DNA of 64,000 nt from Escherichia coli (GTDB lineage Bacteria; Pseudomonadota; Gammaproteobacteria; Enterobacterales; Enterobacteriaceae). Shown here in pieces: positions 28,119 to 40,068 of the stretch. How positions within the stretch are numbered: position 1 is the stretch's first letter; every line of letters begins with the position of its first letter. The notes beneath the pieces were generated by a model. The model saw nothing but the letters and a program-made list of their open reading frames with translations, did not search any database and had not been told where the DNA came from. The translations under genes were made by a program, and so were the position numbers. Location of the stretch: assembly GCF_009931435.1 (NCBI RefSeq), contig NZ_CP043414.1; one strand, given 5' to 3'.

Positions 28119-28373
28119 TCACAACTCGATTTCAATATCGCCTTTTGCCCGGCAACAACAGGGCAAAATTTCCCCCGGCTGAATAAAGGCTAACGGTTCG
28201 GCAATCCAGTCCACCTGGCCTGCAACAAGGCGTGTGCGACAGGAACCGCAGTAACCTTCGCGGCACTGGTACTCAACCGCCACATTGTGGGATTCCAGCG
28301 CCGCCAGAAGGGAAGGGTGTTCATCCTGGCACAGCAGTTGTGTGCCAGTGATGCGCAGGGTAACGCGAGCCAT
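28119..28373 (-). CDS. yfaE: 2Fe-2S ferredoxin for ribonucleotide reductase cofactor maintenance (84 aa)
   Basis: 84-aa ORF with a CxxxxCxxC...C ferredoxin motif immediately downstream of nrdB. Confidence 0.9.
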   Translation of the reverse strand: MARVTLRITGTQLLCQDEHPSLLAALESHNVAVEYQCREGYCGSCRTRLVAGQVDWIAEPLAFIQPGEILPCCCRAKGDIEIEL

Positions 28374-29503
28374 CAGAGCTGGAAGTTACTTAAATCGTCG
28401 GTGTCCACTTCCGAGTCAATCTGCCCGACCAGATAAGAACTCACTTCCACTTCCTGCGGAGCAACCTGTACGTTATCAGACACCAGCCAGGTGTTGATCC
28501 ACGGGATCGGGTTGGAGCGTGTCTGGAACGGCAGATCCAAACCGACCGCCTGCATACGGATATTGGTGATGTATTCAACGTACTGGCAGAGAATGTCTTT
28601 ATTCAGACCAATCATCGAACCGTCACGGAACAGATAATCCGCCCAGTCTTTCTCTTGCTGTGCCGCCTGGACAAACAGGTCATAGCACTCCTGCTTACAC
28701 TCTTCGGCAATTTCTGCCATTTCCGGATCATCCGCACCGCTGCGCAGCAGATTCAGCATATGCTGCGTACCGGTCAGGTGCAGGGCTTCATCGCGGGCAA
28801 TCAGGCGAATAATCTTGGCGTTACCTTCCATCAGTTCGCGTTCTGCAAAGGCAAAGGAACAAGCAAAGCTGACGTAGAAGCGAATGGCTTCCAGTGCGTT
28901 AACGCTCATCAGGCAGAGATACAGTTTTTTCTTCAGCTCACGTAGGCTAACGGTCACGGTTTTACCGTTGACGGTGTGGGTGCCTTCGCCCAGCAGGTGC
29001 CAGTAGCTGGTCATTTCGATCAGTTCATCGTAATAGCTGGAGATCCCTTCCGCACGTTTCTGGATCTGCTCGTTGGTGACGATATCGTCAAACACAACAG
29101 ACGGATCGTTAACGATATTACGAATGATATGAGTATAGGAACGGGAATGAATTGTTTCTGAGAATGCCCAGGTTTCTACCCAGGTTTCCAGTTCCGGGAT
29201 CGAGATCAGCGGCAGCAGTGCCACGTTCGGGCTGCGACCCTGAATGGAGTCCAGCAACGTCTGATATTTCAGGTTGCTGATAAATATGTGTTTTTCGTGT
29301 TCAGGCAGTGCCTGGTAATCGATACGGTCACGAGAAACGTCAACTTCTTCCGGACGCCAGAAGAAAGAGAGCTGCTTTTCGATCAGCTTTTCGAAGATGT
29401 CATATTTTTGCTGATCGTAGCGAGCCACGTTGACCGGCTGACCAAAGAACATCGGTTCTTTGAGCTGATCATTTTTCGTCTGAGAAAAGGTGGTATATGC
29501 CAT
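28373..29503 (-). CDS. nrdB: class Ia ribonucleotide reductase beta subunit (376 aa)
   Basis: Start at [17 protein letters not shown]; the longer track ORF runs upstream into the REP element and is rejected. Confidence 0.95.
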
Positions 29504-29527
29504 GAATGTGTCCTGTTGGGAGTTTAA

Positions 29528-29642
29528 TGCCGGATAAGGCATTTTACGCCGCATCCTGTGCCTGATGCGACGCTGGCGCGTCTTATCAGGCCTACAAATT
29601 CGAGCCGTAGGCCGGATAAGGCATTTACGCCGCATCCGGCAT
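29528..29642. repeat. BIME (clustered REP elements) between nrdA and nrdB
   Basis: Several copies of GCCGGATAAGGC...TTACGCCGCATCC / GCCTGATGCGACGCTGGCGCGTCTTATCAGGCCTAC motifs in alternating orientation. Confidence 0.7.
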
Positions 29643-29649
29643 CTCAATA

Positions 29650-31935
29650 TCAGATTTTACATGCGCCGCTTTCGCAGCCATCGTCCTGGATTGACGGCAC
29701 CAGATCGTCTTGTGCGTCTTCAGCACCGTCACGGGTGTTCTGATAATACAGCGTTTTGACCCCGAATTTGTAGGCGGTGAGCAGGTCTTTCAGCAACTGC
29801 TGCATCGGCACTTTTCCTGACGGGAAGCGTGATGGATCGTAGTTGGTGTTAGCAGAGATCGACTGATCGATAAATTTCTGCATGATACCCACCAGTTGCA
29901 GGTAGCCATCGTTACCCGGCATTTCCCACAGCAGCTCATAGGCGTCGTGCAGATGCTCGTAGTCCGGCACCACCTGGCGCAGAATACCGTCTTTCGACGC
30001 TTTGATGCTGACGTAACCACGCGGCGGTTCAATACCGTTAGTAGCGTTAGAGATCTGCGAAGAAGTCTCTGACGGCATCAGAGCAGAAAGCGTGGAGTTA
30101 CGCAGGCCGTGCGTTTTGATTGACTCACGCAGTGCTTCCCAGTCGTAATGCAGCGGCTCATTAGCGATGGCATCCAGATCTTTCTTATAGGTATCGATCG
30201 GCAGGATCCCTTTCGCGTAAGTGGTTTCGTTAAACCACGGGCACGCGCCTTGCTCTTTCGCCAGCTCATTAGAGGCTTTCAGCAGGTAATACTGAATAGC
30301 TTCGAAGGTTTTATGCGTCAGGTTGTTGGCGCTGCCGTCGGAGTAGCGTTTACCGTGCTTCGCCAGGTAGTAAGCGAAGTTGATCACACCAATACCCAGC
30401 GTACGACGACCCATCGCTCCACGTTTGGCGGCCGGGATCGGGTAATCCTGATAATCCAGCAGCGCGTCGAGTGCGCGTACTGCCAGAATCGCCAGCTCTT
30501 CCAGTTCATCCAGGCTATTAATTGCGCCCAGGTTGAAAGCAGACAGCGTACACAGCGCGATTTCACCGTTCTCGTCGTTGACATCATTCAGCGGTTTGGT
30601 CGGCAGGGCGATTTCCAGGCACAGGTTAGACTGGCGCACTGGCGCGATGGCCGGATCAAACGGGCTATGGGTATTGCAGTGGTCAACGTTCTGAATATAG
30701 ATACGACCGGTAGACGCACGTTCCTGCATCATCAGCGAGAACAGCTCAACGGCTTTCACACGCTGCTTGCGGATGCTGTCGTCTTTCTCATATTTGGTGT
30801 ACAGGCGTTCAAACTCTTCCTGATCGGCGAAGAACGCGTCGTACAGCCCCGGTACGTCGGACGGGCTGAACAGGGTGATATCTTCACCTTTCAGCAGACG
30901 GGTATACATCAGTTTGTTGATTTGTACCCCGTAGTCCATATGACGCACGCGGTTGCCTTCAACCCCACGGTTGTTTTTCAACACCAGCAGGCTTTCCACT
31001 TCCAGATGCCACATAGGGTAGAACAGTGTTGCCGCACCGCCGCGCACACCGCCCTGAGAGCAGGATTTCACTGCCGTCTGGAAATGTTTGTAGAACGGAA
31101 TACAACCGGTGTGGAATGCTTCGCCACCGCGAATCGGGCTACCCAGCGCACGAATACGCCCGGCGTTAATGCCGATCCCGGCACGCTGGGAAACGTATTT
31201 AACAATCGCGCTGGAGGTGGCGTTGATGGAATCCAGGCTGTCGCCGCACTCGATCAGTACGCAGGAGCTGAACTGACGAGTCGGGGTACGCACGCCGGAC
31301 ATGATTGGCGTCGGCAGCGAAATTTTAAATGTGGAAACCGCGTCGTAAAAACGCTTCACGTATTGCAGGCGCGTTTCACGCGGGTAGTTCGAGAACAGGC
31401 ACGCAGCAACCAGAATATAGAGGAACTGGGCGCTCTCATAGATTTCGCCGGTCACGCGGTTCTGTACCAGATATTTGCCTTCCAGCTGCTTAACGGCAGC
31501 ATAAGAGAAGGTCATATCACGGTCGTGATCGATAAACGTGTCCATCTGCTTGAACTCTTCTTCCGTGTAGTCTTCCAGCAGATGATTATCGTATTTGCCC
31601 ATCTCGACCATTTTCACCACGTGGTCGTACAGCGCAGGCGGCTCAAACTGGCCATAGGCTTTTTTACGCAGGTGGAAAATTGCCAGGCGCGCGGCGAGAT
31701 ACTGATAATCCGGCGCATCACGGGAGATCAGGTCTGCGGCAGCCTTGATAATGGTTTCGTGGATGTCAGAGGTCTTGATACCGTCATAAAACTGAATGTG
31801 GGAGCGCAGCTCGACCTGGGAAATCGAAACGTTATGCAGTCCTTCTGCCGCCCAATCCAGAACGCGATGGATTTTGTCGAGATTGATGCGCTCTGTGCTA
31901 CCGTCGCGCTTTGTCACCAGCAGATTCTGATTCAT
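29650..31935 (-). CDS. nrdA: class Ia ribonucleotide reductase alpha subunit (761 aa)
   Basis: Start at [25 protein letters not shown] (ATP-cone); the longer track ORF is rejected. Confidence 0.95.
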
Positions 31936-32009
31936 GTATGTCGTACCTGTTTTTGGAATTCTTTCCGCAATAGTTTCATGCAGACTACCTGTAGTGAGGG
32001 AAGCTGCTA

Positions 32010-32100
32010 AGAACACTATATATAGGGGGTATGTTTGGGATTCACTGCAAGATAGTGTGAAAATGGCCCTCTTGCAAGTGCATAACTTTGTGGATAACTC
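32010..32100 (-). promoter_or_regulatory. nrdAB promoter region with a DnaA box and NrdR-box-like motifs
   Basis: Perfect TTATCCACA on the nrd strand at 32089-32097; ACACTATATATAG (32013-32025) and GATAGTGTGA (32051-32060) resemble NrdR boxes. Confidence 0.5.
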
Positions 32101-32624
32101 AGGAAGGAAAAAGTGGCTTCCGCGCACCTTAGGTCAGACAAGGTATCCGGGAAAGTCAATGGGAAGAGAAAAATTTGTTAAAAATAACTGTTCGGCGATT
32201 TCTTGAACGGCAGAATAGTATGGGTAAATTGATATAGATGGTTTATTAATCTTGTCGCTAATGATTGTCAAAATTGATCTAAGCACGAATCATCACATAA
32301 TCTGATGTATCAGTTGTGGTCAATATATAAGCGAATGTAAGCGATTGTTGAGTCGGAAATGGTTGTTTTCTATTCGGTTATTGTTAAATACCAAGCCAAT
32401 TTGTTACTTTTGCATATATTATAAGAATATTATTTATTACTTTAATTCAGTTTACATATAACCGATTTACCTTAAGGTTATTAATTTGAATTATGACACA
32501 CTGATATTATTCATCAAATAATAACAAAATAGTCATTGCACCGGGTTGTACAATTTACAAAAGAAATATACCCCATAGCGCATAATGCGATTAAATACGC
32601 CGTCTTATAGAAAATGATGGTTAG

Positions 32625-35600
32625 ATGAATATGCGGATTATCTTTCTACGCAAGGAGTATTTATCTTTACTCCCGTCAATGATTGCATCTCTTTTCTCTG
32701 TTAACAGTGTTGCGGAGGTTTTGGATTCATGCCAGGGATATGATATCAAAGCGAGTTGTCAGGCCAGCAGGCAAAGCCTTTCAGGCATTACGCAGGACTG
32801 GAGCATCGCCAATGGGCAATGGGTGATTTTTTCGGGTATGGCCAATAATGCTAGCGGTGGCGCCGTATTTTTGCAACAAGGAGCGGAGTTTTCTCTATCG
32901 CCAGAAAATGAAACTGGAATGACTCTGTTTGCCAATAATACTGTCTCAGGAGAATATAATAATGGCGGGGCAATATTTGCTAAAGAAAACTCAACGCTGA
33001 ATCTTACTGATGTTATTTTTTCCGGTAACGTCGCAGGCGGCTATGGTGGCGCAATCTATTCTTCTGGTACTAATGATACTGGTGCCGTCGATTTACGTGT
33101 CACTAACACCATGTTTATCAATAACATCGCTAATGATGGCAAAGGTGGCGCAATTTATACCATCAATAATGATGTCTATTTAAGTGATGATGTTTTTAAT
33201 AATAACCAGGCATATACATCAACAAGTTACAGTGATGGCGATGGTGGTGCAATCGATGTCACCGATAATAATAGCGATATCACGCATCCGTCAGGTTTCA
33301 CAATAATAAATAACACCGCATTTACAAATAACACTGCCGAAGGTTATGGCGGGGCAATTTATACCAATAGCGTGACGGCTCCCTATCTTATTGATATTTC
33401 TGTTGATGACAGCTACAGCCAGAACGGCGGTGTGTTAATCGATGAGAACAATTGCGCAGCAGGCTATGGGGATGGTCCTTCCACTGCGGCGGGCGGCTTT
33501 ATGTATCTCGGCTTAAGTGAAGTTACCTTTGATATTGCTGACGGAAAAACGCTGGTTATCGGCAATACAGAGAATGATGGAGCTGTTGACTCTATTGCTG
33601 GTACCGGGTTGATCACCAAAACAGGTTCCGGCGATCTGGTACTTAATGCAGATAACAATGACTTTACTGGTGAGATGCAGATTGAAAACGGTGAAGTTAC
33701 CCTGGGTCGCAGCAACTCCCTGATGAATGTCGGAGATAATCATTGCCAGGACGATCCGCAAGACTGCTACGGTCTGACGATAGGGAGTATTGATAAGTAC
33801 CAGAATCAGGCAGAGCTAAATGTTGGCTCCACCCAACAAACCTTTGTGCACGCATTGACGGGCTTTCAGAATGGCACTTTAAATATCGATGCTGGTGGCA
33901 ATGTTACTGTTAATCAAGGCAGTTTTGCTGGCACCATCGAAGGTGCTGGTCAGCTCACCATTGCGCAAAACGGCAGCTACGTGCTGGCAGGGGCGCAGTC
34001 GATGGCGCTAACTGGCGATATAGTCGTTGATGATGGCGCGGTGCTTACGCTAGAAGGCGACGCGGCAGATCTCGCCGCTCTCCAGGACGAGCCGCAGTCG
34101 ATCGTGTTAAACGGCGGTGTGCTCGATCTCTCTGATTTCTCCACCTGGCAGAGCGGCACATCATACAACGATGGCCTTGAAGTCAGCGGCAGCAGCGGAA
34201 CGGTTATCGGCAGTCAGGATGTGGTAGATCTTGCAGGCGGAAACGATATGCATATCGGCGGCGACGGGAAAGATGGCGTCTACGTGGTGGTCGATGCGGG
34301 TGATGGGCAGGTCAGCCTGGCAAATGACAATCAATACCTCGGCACAACGCAAATTGCTTCCGGTACGCTGGTGGTGAGTGACAACTCGCAGCTTGGAGAT
34401 ACCCACTATAACCGCCAGGTTATCTTTACCGATAATCAACAAGAAAGCGTGATGGAGATTACTGCCAATGTCGATACTCGCTCTACAACGGTTGAGCATG
34501 GGCGTGATATTGAAATGCGCGCCGACGGTGAAGTGGCAGTTGATGCGGGGGTAGACACGCAGTGGGGCGCACTGATGGCTGACAGCAGCGGGCAGCATCA
34601 GGATGAGGGTAGCACATTGACTAAAACGGGTGCTGGCACCCTGGAGCTGACCGCCAGCGGTACTACGCAGTCTGCGGTACGTGTTGAAGAAGGTACCCTG
34701 AAAGGCGATGTTGCGGATATTTTTCCTTATGCTTCGTCGCTGTGGATTGGTGACGGAGCAACGTTCGAGACTGGCGCAGATCAGGATATCCAGTCTATTG
34801 ATGCTACTTCCAGCGGCACTATCGACATCAGTGATGGCACCGTTTTGCGCCTGACGAGTCAGGATACTTCCGCCGCACTGGATGCCTCGCTGTTTAACGG
34901 CGACGGTACGTTGGTGAATGCCACCGATGGCGTGACGTTGACAGGCGAGCTTAATACTAACCTGGAAACTGACAGCCTGACCTATCTTTCCGATGTGACG
35001 GTTAATGGTGATCTAACCAATATGTCCGGTACAGTCAGTCTGCAAAATGGCGTCGCTGGCGATACGCTCACGGTAAACGGTGATTACACCGGCGGCGGTA
35101 CGTTGTTTCTCGACAGCGAATTAAACGGCGATGACTCGGTAAGCGACCAACTGGTGTTGAACGGCAATACCTCGGGTAACACGACCGTGGTGGTTAACCC
35201 CATTACCGGCACTGGTGAACCGACTTCTACAGGTATTAAAGTGGTTGATTTCACTGCTGATCCCACGCAATTTCAAAACAATGCGCTGTTTAGTCTTGCG
35301 GGCAGCGGCTACGTTAATATGGGAGCGTATGACTACACGCTGGTGGAAGATAACAACGACTGGTATCTGCGATCGCAAGAAGTCACTCCGACGCCGCCGC
35401 CCGATCCGGACCCGACTCCAGATCCTGATCCCACGCCGGATCCTGATCCAACACCCGACCCGGCTCCAGCCCCTACGCCTGCCTACCAGCCGGTGCTGAA
35501 CGCCAAAGTTGGTGGCTATCTCAATAACCTACGTGCGGCAAATCAGGCATTTGTGATGGAGCGACGCGATCACGCTGGTGGCGATGGTCAGACGCTGAAT

Positions 35601-36389
35601 TTACGTGTTATCGGCGGAGATTATCATTACACGGCGGCAGGGCAGTTGGCCCAGCATGAAGACACTTCTACGGTACAGCTTAGCGGCAACTTGTTAAGCG
35701 GATACTGGGGCGATGATGGCCAGTGGATGCTAGGGGCCGTGGGCGGCTACAGCGATAACCAGGGTGACAGTCGATCAAACATGACCGGAACTCGCGCTGA
35801 TAACCAGAACTACGGTTATGCCGTTGGGCTGACCTCAAGCTGGTTTCAGCACCGTAGCCAAAAACAGGGGGCCTGGCTGGATAGCTGGCTGCAATACGCG
35901 TGGTTTAACAATGATGTTTCCGAACATGAAGATGGCGTGGATCATTACCACTCATCGGGGATTATCGCCTCGCTGGAAGCGGGGTATCAGTGGTTACCGG
36001 GGCGTGGTGTGGTGATTGAACCACAGGTGCAGGTGATTTATCAGGGTGTGCAGCAGGATGATTTTACCGCTGCTAACCATGCGCGGGTATCGCAATCGCA
36101 GGGCGATGATCTTCAGACGCGGTTGGGGATACACAGCGAATGGCGTACCGCTGTGCATATCACGCCAACCCTGGATCTGAATTATTATCACGATCCCCAT
36201 TCGGCGGGGATTGAAGAAGATGGCAGCGCTATCAGTGACGATGCGGTGAAGCAACGGGGTGAAATAAAAGTGGGGATAACAGGCAATATAAGTCAGCGAG
36301 TTTCCCTGCGTGGCAGCGTGGTGTGGCAGAAAGGAGACGATGGTTTTGTCCAAACGGCTGGGTTTCTATCGATGAGGGTGAAATGGTAA
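32625..36389 (+). CDS. yfaL: AIDA-I-type autotransporter adhesin (about 1250 aa)
   Basis: Signal-peptide-like N-terminus, long beta-helical passenger with repeated GGAIY motifs, proline-rich linker, and a C-terminal beta-barrel translocator ending in aromatic residues. The true start may be the ATG at 32631 (MRIIFL). Confidence 0.85.
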   Translation: MNMRIIFLRKEYLSLLPSMIASLFSVNSVAEVLDSCQGYDIKASCQASRQSLSGITQDWSIANGQWVIFSGMANNASGGAVFLQQGAEFSLSPENETGMTLFANNTVSGEYNNGGAIFAKENSTLNLTDVIFSGNVAGGYGGAIYSSGTNDTGAVDLRVTNTMFINNIANDGKGGAIYTINNDVYLSDDVFNNNQAYTSTSYSDGDGGAIDVTDNNSDITHPSGFTIINNTAFTNNTAEGYGGAIYTNSVTAPYLIDISVDDSYSQNGGVLIDENNCAAGYGDGPSTAAGGFMYLGLSEVTFDIADGKTLVIGNTENDGAVDSIAGTGLITKTGSGDLVLNADNNDFTGEMQIENGEVTLGRSNSLMNVGDNHCQDDPQDCYGLTIGSIDKYQNQAELNVGSTQQTFVHALTGFQNGTLNIDAGGNVTVNQGSFAGTIEGAGQLTIAQNGSYVLAGAQSMALTGDIVVDDGAVLTLEGDAADLAALQDEPQSIVLNGGVLDLSDFSTWQSGTSYNDGLEVSGSSGTVIGSQDVVDLAGGNDMHIGGDGKDGVYVVVDAGDGQVSLANDNQYLGTTQIASGTLVVSDNSQLGDTHYNRQVIFTDNQQESVMEITANVDTRSTTVEHGRDIEMRADGEVAVDAGVDTQWGALMADSSGQHQDEGSTLTKTGAGTLELTASGTTQSAVRVEEGTLKGDVADIFPYASSLWIGDGATFETGADQDIQSIDATSSGTIDISDGTVLRLTSQDTSAALDASLFNGDGTLVNATDGVTLTGELNTNLETDSLTYLSDVTVNGDLTNMSGTVSLQNGVAGDTLTVNGDYTGGGTLFLDSELNGDDSVSDQLVLNGNTSGNTTVVVNPITGTGEPTSTGIKVVDFTADPTQFQNNALFSLAGSGYVNMGAYDYTLVEDNNDWYLRSQEVTPTPPPDPDPTPDPDPTPDPDPTPDPAPAPTPAYQPVLNAKVGGYLNNLRAANQAFVMERRDHAGGDGQTLNLRVIGGDYHYTAAGQLAQHEDTSTVQLSGNLLSGYWGDDGQWMLGAVGGYSDNQGDSRSNMTGTRADNQNYGYAVGLTSSWFQHRSQKQGAWLDSWLQYAWFNNDVSEHEDGVDHYHSSGIIASLEAGYQWLPGRGVVIEPQVQVIYQGVQQDDFTAANHARVSQSQGDDLQTRLGIHSEWRTAVHITPTLDLNYYHDPHSAGIEEDGSAISDDAVKQRGEIKVGITGNISQRVSLRGSVVWQKGDDGFVQTAGFLSMRVKW

Positions 36390-36397
36390 TCGCTGTC

Positions 36398-36515
36398 TGA
36401 CCGGCACTATTGCCGGATGCGGCGTAAACGCCTTATCTGGCCTACGGGAGCATTTGTAGGCCTGATAAGACGCGGCAAGCGTCGCATCAGGCATTGGCAC
36501 GGTTGCCGGATGAAT
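36398..36515. repeat. BIME / REP cluster between yfaL and ubiG
   Basis: TGCCGGATGCGGCGTAAACGCCTTATCTGGCCTAC and GTAGGCCTGATAAGACGCGGCAAGCGTCGCATCAGGCA motifs. Confidence 0.7.
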
Positions 36516-36528
36516 CCAAACAACAACC

Positions 36529-37251
36529 TCACTTATTCTGCGTGTGCAGCATATAGTTCACATCTACGCCGGGACCGAGCTTAAAAGTGTTAGTAATCGG
36601 GTTGTAATGCAGTCCGATCATATGCCGTTCTTTTAGACTGGTCTGATCCACCCAGCCCAGCAATTCTGCCGGTTTAATAAACTTCTTCACATCATGCGTA
36701 CCTTTAGGCACCATGCGTAAAATATATTCCGCACCAACCACCGCCATCAGCCACGACTTGCCGTTGCGGTTAAGCGTCGAGAAAAAGACATCGCCGCCCG
36801 GTTTTACCAGTTGCGCACAGGCTCTGACCACTGACTGCGGATCGGGAACGTGCTCCAGCATCTCCATGCAGGTCACCACATCATACTGCCCGGCATGTTT
36901 TGCGGCGTGCTCTTCCACGGTTTCCTGCACGTAATTCACCTGAATGCCACTTTCCAGTGCGTGCAGCTTTGCCACCTGCAATGGCTCAAAGCCCATATCC
37001 AGACCGGTCACCGTCGCGCCTTCGCGCGCCATACTCTCGGCCAGAATGCCGCCGCCACAACCGACATCGAGTACCTTTTTGCCAAATAAACCGCCAGCAC
37101 GCTCGGCAATATAGCCCAGACGCAGCGGGTTAATGCGGTGCAGCGGTTTGAACTCACCTTCCAGATCCCACCAGCGGGAGGCGACGGCTTCAAATTTAGC
37201 GATCTCTTCGTGGTCTACGTTAGGGGTTACCGGCGATTTTTCGGCATTCAT
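36529..37251 (-). CDS. ubiG: ubiquinone biosynthesis O-methyltransferase (240 aa)
   Basis: Start at [20 protein letters not shown]; SAM-binding motif ([13 protein letters not shown]). Confidence 0.95.
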   Translation of the reverse strand: MNAEKSPVTPNVDHEEIAKFEAVASRWWDLEGEFKPLHRINPLRLGYIAERAGGLFGKKVLDVGCGGGILAESMAREGATVTGLDMGFEPLQVAKLHALESGIQVNYVQETVEEHAAKHAGQYDVVTCMEMLEHVPDPQSVVRACAQLVKPGGDVFFSTLNRNGKSWLMAVVGAEYILRMVPKGTHDVKKFIKPAELLGWVDQTSLKERHMIGLHYNPITNTFKLGPGVDVNYMLHTQNK

Positions 37252-37397
37252 TGGCACTTCTACTCCGTAATTGGCAAGACAAACGAGTATATCAGGCATT
37301 GGATGTGAATAAAGCGTATAGGTTTACCTCAATCAGCGCGGCTGTGTTATAATTTGCGACCTTTGAATCCGGGATACAGTAGAGGGATAGCGGTTAG

Positions 37398-40025
37398 ATG
37401 AGCGACCTTGCGAGAGAAATTACACCGGTCAACATTGAGGAAGAGCTGAAGAGCTCCTATCTGGATTATGCGATGTCGGTCATTGTTGGCCGTGCGCTGC
37501 CGGATGTCCGAGATGGCCTGAAGCCGGTACACCGTCGCGTACTTTACGCCATGAACGTACTAGGCAATGACTGGAACAAAGCCTATAAAAAATCTGCCCG
37601 TGTCGTTGGTGACGTAATCGGTAAATACCATCCCCATGGTGACTCGGCGGTTTATGACACGATCGTCCGTATGGCGCAGCCATTCTCGCTGCGTTACATG
37701 CTGGTAGACGGTCAGGGTAACTTCGGTTCCATCGACGGCGACTCTGCGGCGGCAATGCGTTATACGGAAATCCGTCTGGCGAAAATTGCCCATGAACTGA
37801 TGGCCGATCTCGAAAAAGAGACGGTCGATTTCGTTGATAACTATGACGGCACGGAAAAAATTCCGGACGTCATGCCGACCAAAATTCCTAACCTGCTGGT
37901 GAACGGTTCTTCCGGTATCGCCGTAGGTATGGCAACCAACATCCCGCCACACAACCTGACGGAAGTCATCAACGGTTGTCTGGCGTATATCGATGATGAA
38001 GACATCAGCATTGAAGGGCTGATGGAACACATCCCGGGGCCGGACTTCCCGACGGCGGCAATCATTAACGGTCGTCGCGGTATCGAAGAAGCTTACCGTA
38101 CCGGTCGCGGCAAGGTATATATCCGCGCCCGTGCGGAAGTGGAAGTTGACGCCAAAACCGGGCGTGAAACCATTATCGTCCACGAAATTCCGTATCAGGT
38201 GAACAAAGCGCGCCTGATCGAAAAAATTGCGGAACTGGTAAAAGAAAAACGCGTGGAAGGCATCAGCGCGCTGCGTGACGAATCTGACAAAGACGGTATG
38301 CGCATCGTGATTGAAGTCAAACGCGATGCGGTCGGTGAAGTGGTGCTCAACAACCTCTACTCCCAGACCCAGTTGCAGGTTTCTTTCGGTATTAACATGG
38401 TGGCATTGCACCATGGTCAGCCGAAGATCATGAACCTGAAAGACATCATCGCTGCGTTTGTTCGTCACCGCCGTGAAGTGGTGACCCGTCGTACTATTTT
38501 CGAGCTGCGTAAAGCTCGCGACCGTGCTCATATCCTTGAAGCATTAGCCGTGGCGCTGGCAAACATCGATCCGATTATCGAACTGATCCGTCATGCGCCG
38601 ACGCCTGCAGAAGCGAAAACGGCGCTGGTTGCTAATCCGTGGCAGCTGGGCAACGTTGCCGCGATGCTCGAACGTGCGGGCGATGATGCTGCGCGTCCGG
38701 AATGGCTGGAGCCAGAGTTCGGCGTGCGTGACGGTCTGTACTACCTGACCGAACAGCAAGCTCAGGCGATTCTGGATCTGCGTCTGCAGAAACTGACCGG
38801 CCTTGAACACGAAAAACTGCTCGATGAATACAAAGAGCTGCTGGATCAGATCGCGGAACTGTTGCGTATTCTTGGTAGCGCCGATCGTCTGATGGAAGTG
38901 ATCCGTGAAGAGCTGGAGCTGGTTCGTGAACAGTTCGGTGACAAACGTCGTACTGAAATCACCGCCAACAGCGCAGACATCAACCTGGAAGATTTGATTA
39001 CTCAGGAAGATGTGGTAGTGACGCTCTCTCACCAGGGCTACGTGAAGTACCAGCCGCTTTCTGAATACGAAGCGCAGCGTCGTGGCGGGAAAGGTAAATC
39101 TGCCGCACGTATTAAAGAAGAAGACTTTATCGACCGACTGCTGGTGGCGAACACCCACGACCATATTCTGTGCTTCTCCAGCCGTGGTCGCGTCTATTCG
39201 ATGAAAGTTTACCAGTTGCCGGAAGCCACTCGTGGTGCGCGTGGTCGTCCGATCGTCAACCTGCTGCCGCTGGAACAGGACGAACGTATCACCGCGATCT
39301 TGCCGGTGACTGAGTTTGAAGAAGGTGTGAAAGTCTTCATGGCGACCGCTAACGGGACCGTGAAGAAAACTGTCCTCACCGAGTTCAATCGTCTTCGTAC
39401 CGCCGGTAAAGTGGCGATCAAACTGGTTGACGGCGATGAGCTGATCGGCGTTGACCTGACCAGCGGTGAAGACGAAGTAATGCTGTTCTCCGCCGAAGGT
39501 AAAGTGGTGCGCTTTAAAGAGTCTTCTGTCCGTGCGATGGGCTGCAACACCACCGGTGTTCGCGGTATTCGCTTAGGTGAAGGCGATAAAGTCGTCTCTC
39601 TGATCGTGCCTCGTGGCGATGGTGCAATCCTCACCGCAACGCAAAATGGTTACGGTAAACGTACTGCGGTAGCGGAATACCCGACTAAGTCGCGTGCGAC
39701 GAAAGGGGTTATCTCCATCAAGGTTACCGAACGTAACGGTTTAGTGGTTGGCGCGGTGCAGGTAGATGACTGCGACCAGATCATGATGATCACCGATGCC
39801 GGTACGCTGGTACGTACTCGCGTTTCTGAAATCAGCATCGTGGGCCGTAACACCCAGGGCGTGATCCTTATCCGTACTGCGGAAGATGAAAACGTGGTGG
39901 GTCTGCAACGTGTTGCTGAACCGGTTGACGAGGAAGATCTGGATACCATCGACGGCAGTGCTGCGGAAGGGGACGATGAAATCGCTCCGGAAGTGGACGT
40001 TGACGACGAGCCAGAAGAAGAATAA
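37398..40025 (+). CDS. gyrA: DNA gyrase subunit A (875 aa)
   Basis: 875-aa ORF with the active-site Tyr region and an acidic C-terminal tail; the quinolone-resistance region reads [11 protein letters not shown] (Ser83, Asp87). Confidence 0.97.
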
Positions 40026-40043
40026 TTTCATCGCCTCATGCCA

Positions 40044-40068
40044 AAAGGGAGTTATCTCCCTTTTTTGA
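40044..40068 (+). terminator. Intrinsic terminator after gyrA
   Basis: AAGGGAG-TTAT-CTCCCTT hairpin followed by TTTTTT. Confidence 0.6.

Noticed and set aside
29504-29647. N-terminal extension of nrdB in the ORF track (424 aa instead of 376 aa)
   Set aside because: The extension translates the REP/BIME repeat (Arg-rich MRCRMRRK...) and the known N-terminus MAYTTFSQ begins at the internal ATG; equivalent over-long track ORFs for nrdA, glpA, glpB, glpC, glpQ, rcsB, ubiG, yfaZ and rhmA were trimmed in the same way.
30148-32010. 620-aa plus-strand ORF antisense to nrdA
   Set aside because: Entirely nested antisense within the highly conserved nrdA coding sequence; Arg/Gln/Val-rich low-complexity translation typical of antisense frames in GC-rich genes; no RBS or start context.
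37560-38531. 323-aa minus-strand ORF antisense to gyrA (and a similar 206-aa ORF at 38544-39164)
   Set aside because: Nested antisense in gyrA with skewed composition; long open antisense frames are a common artefact opposite highly expressed genes.
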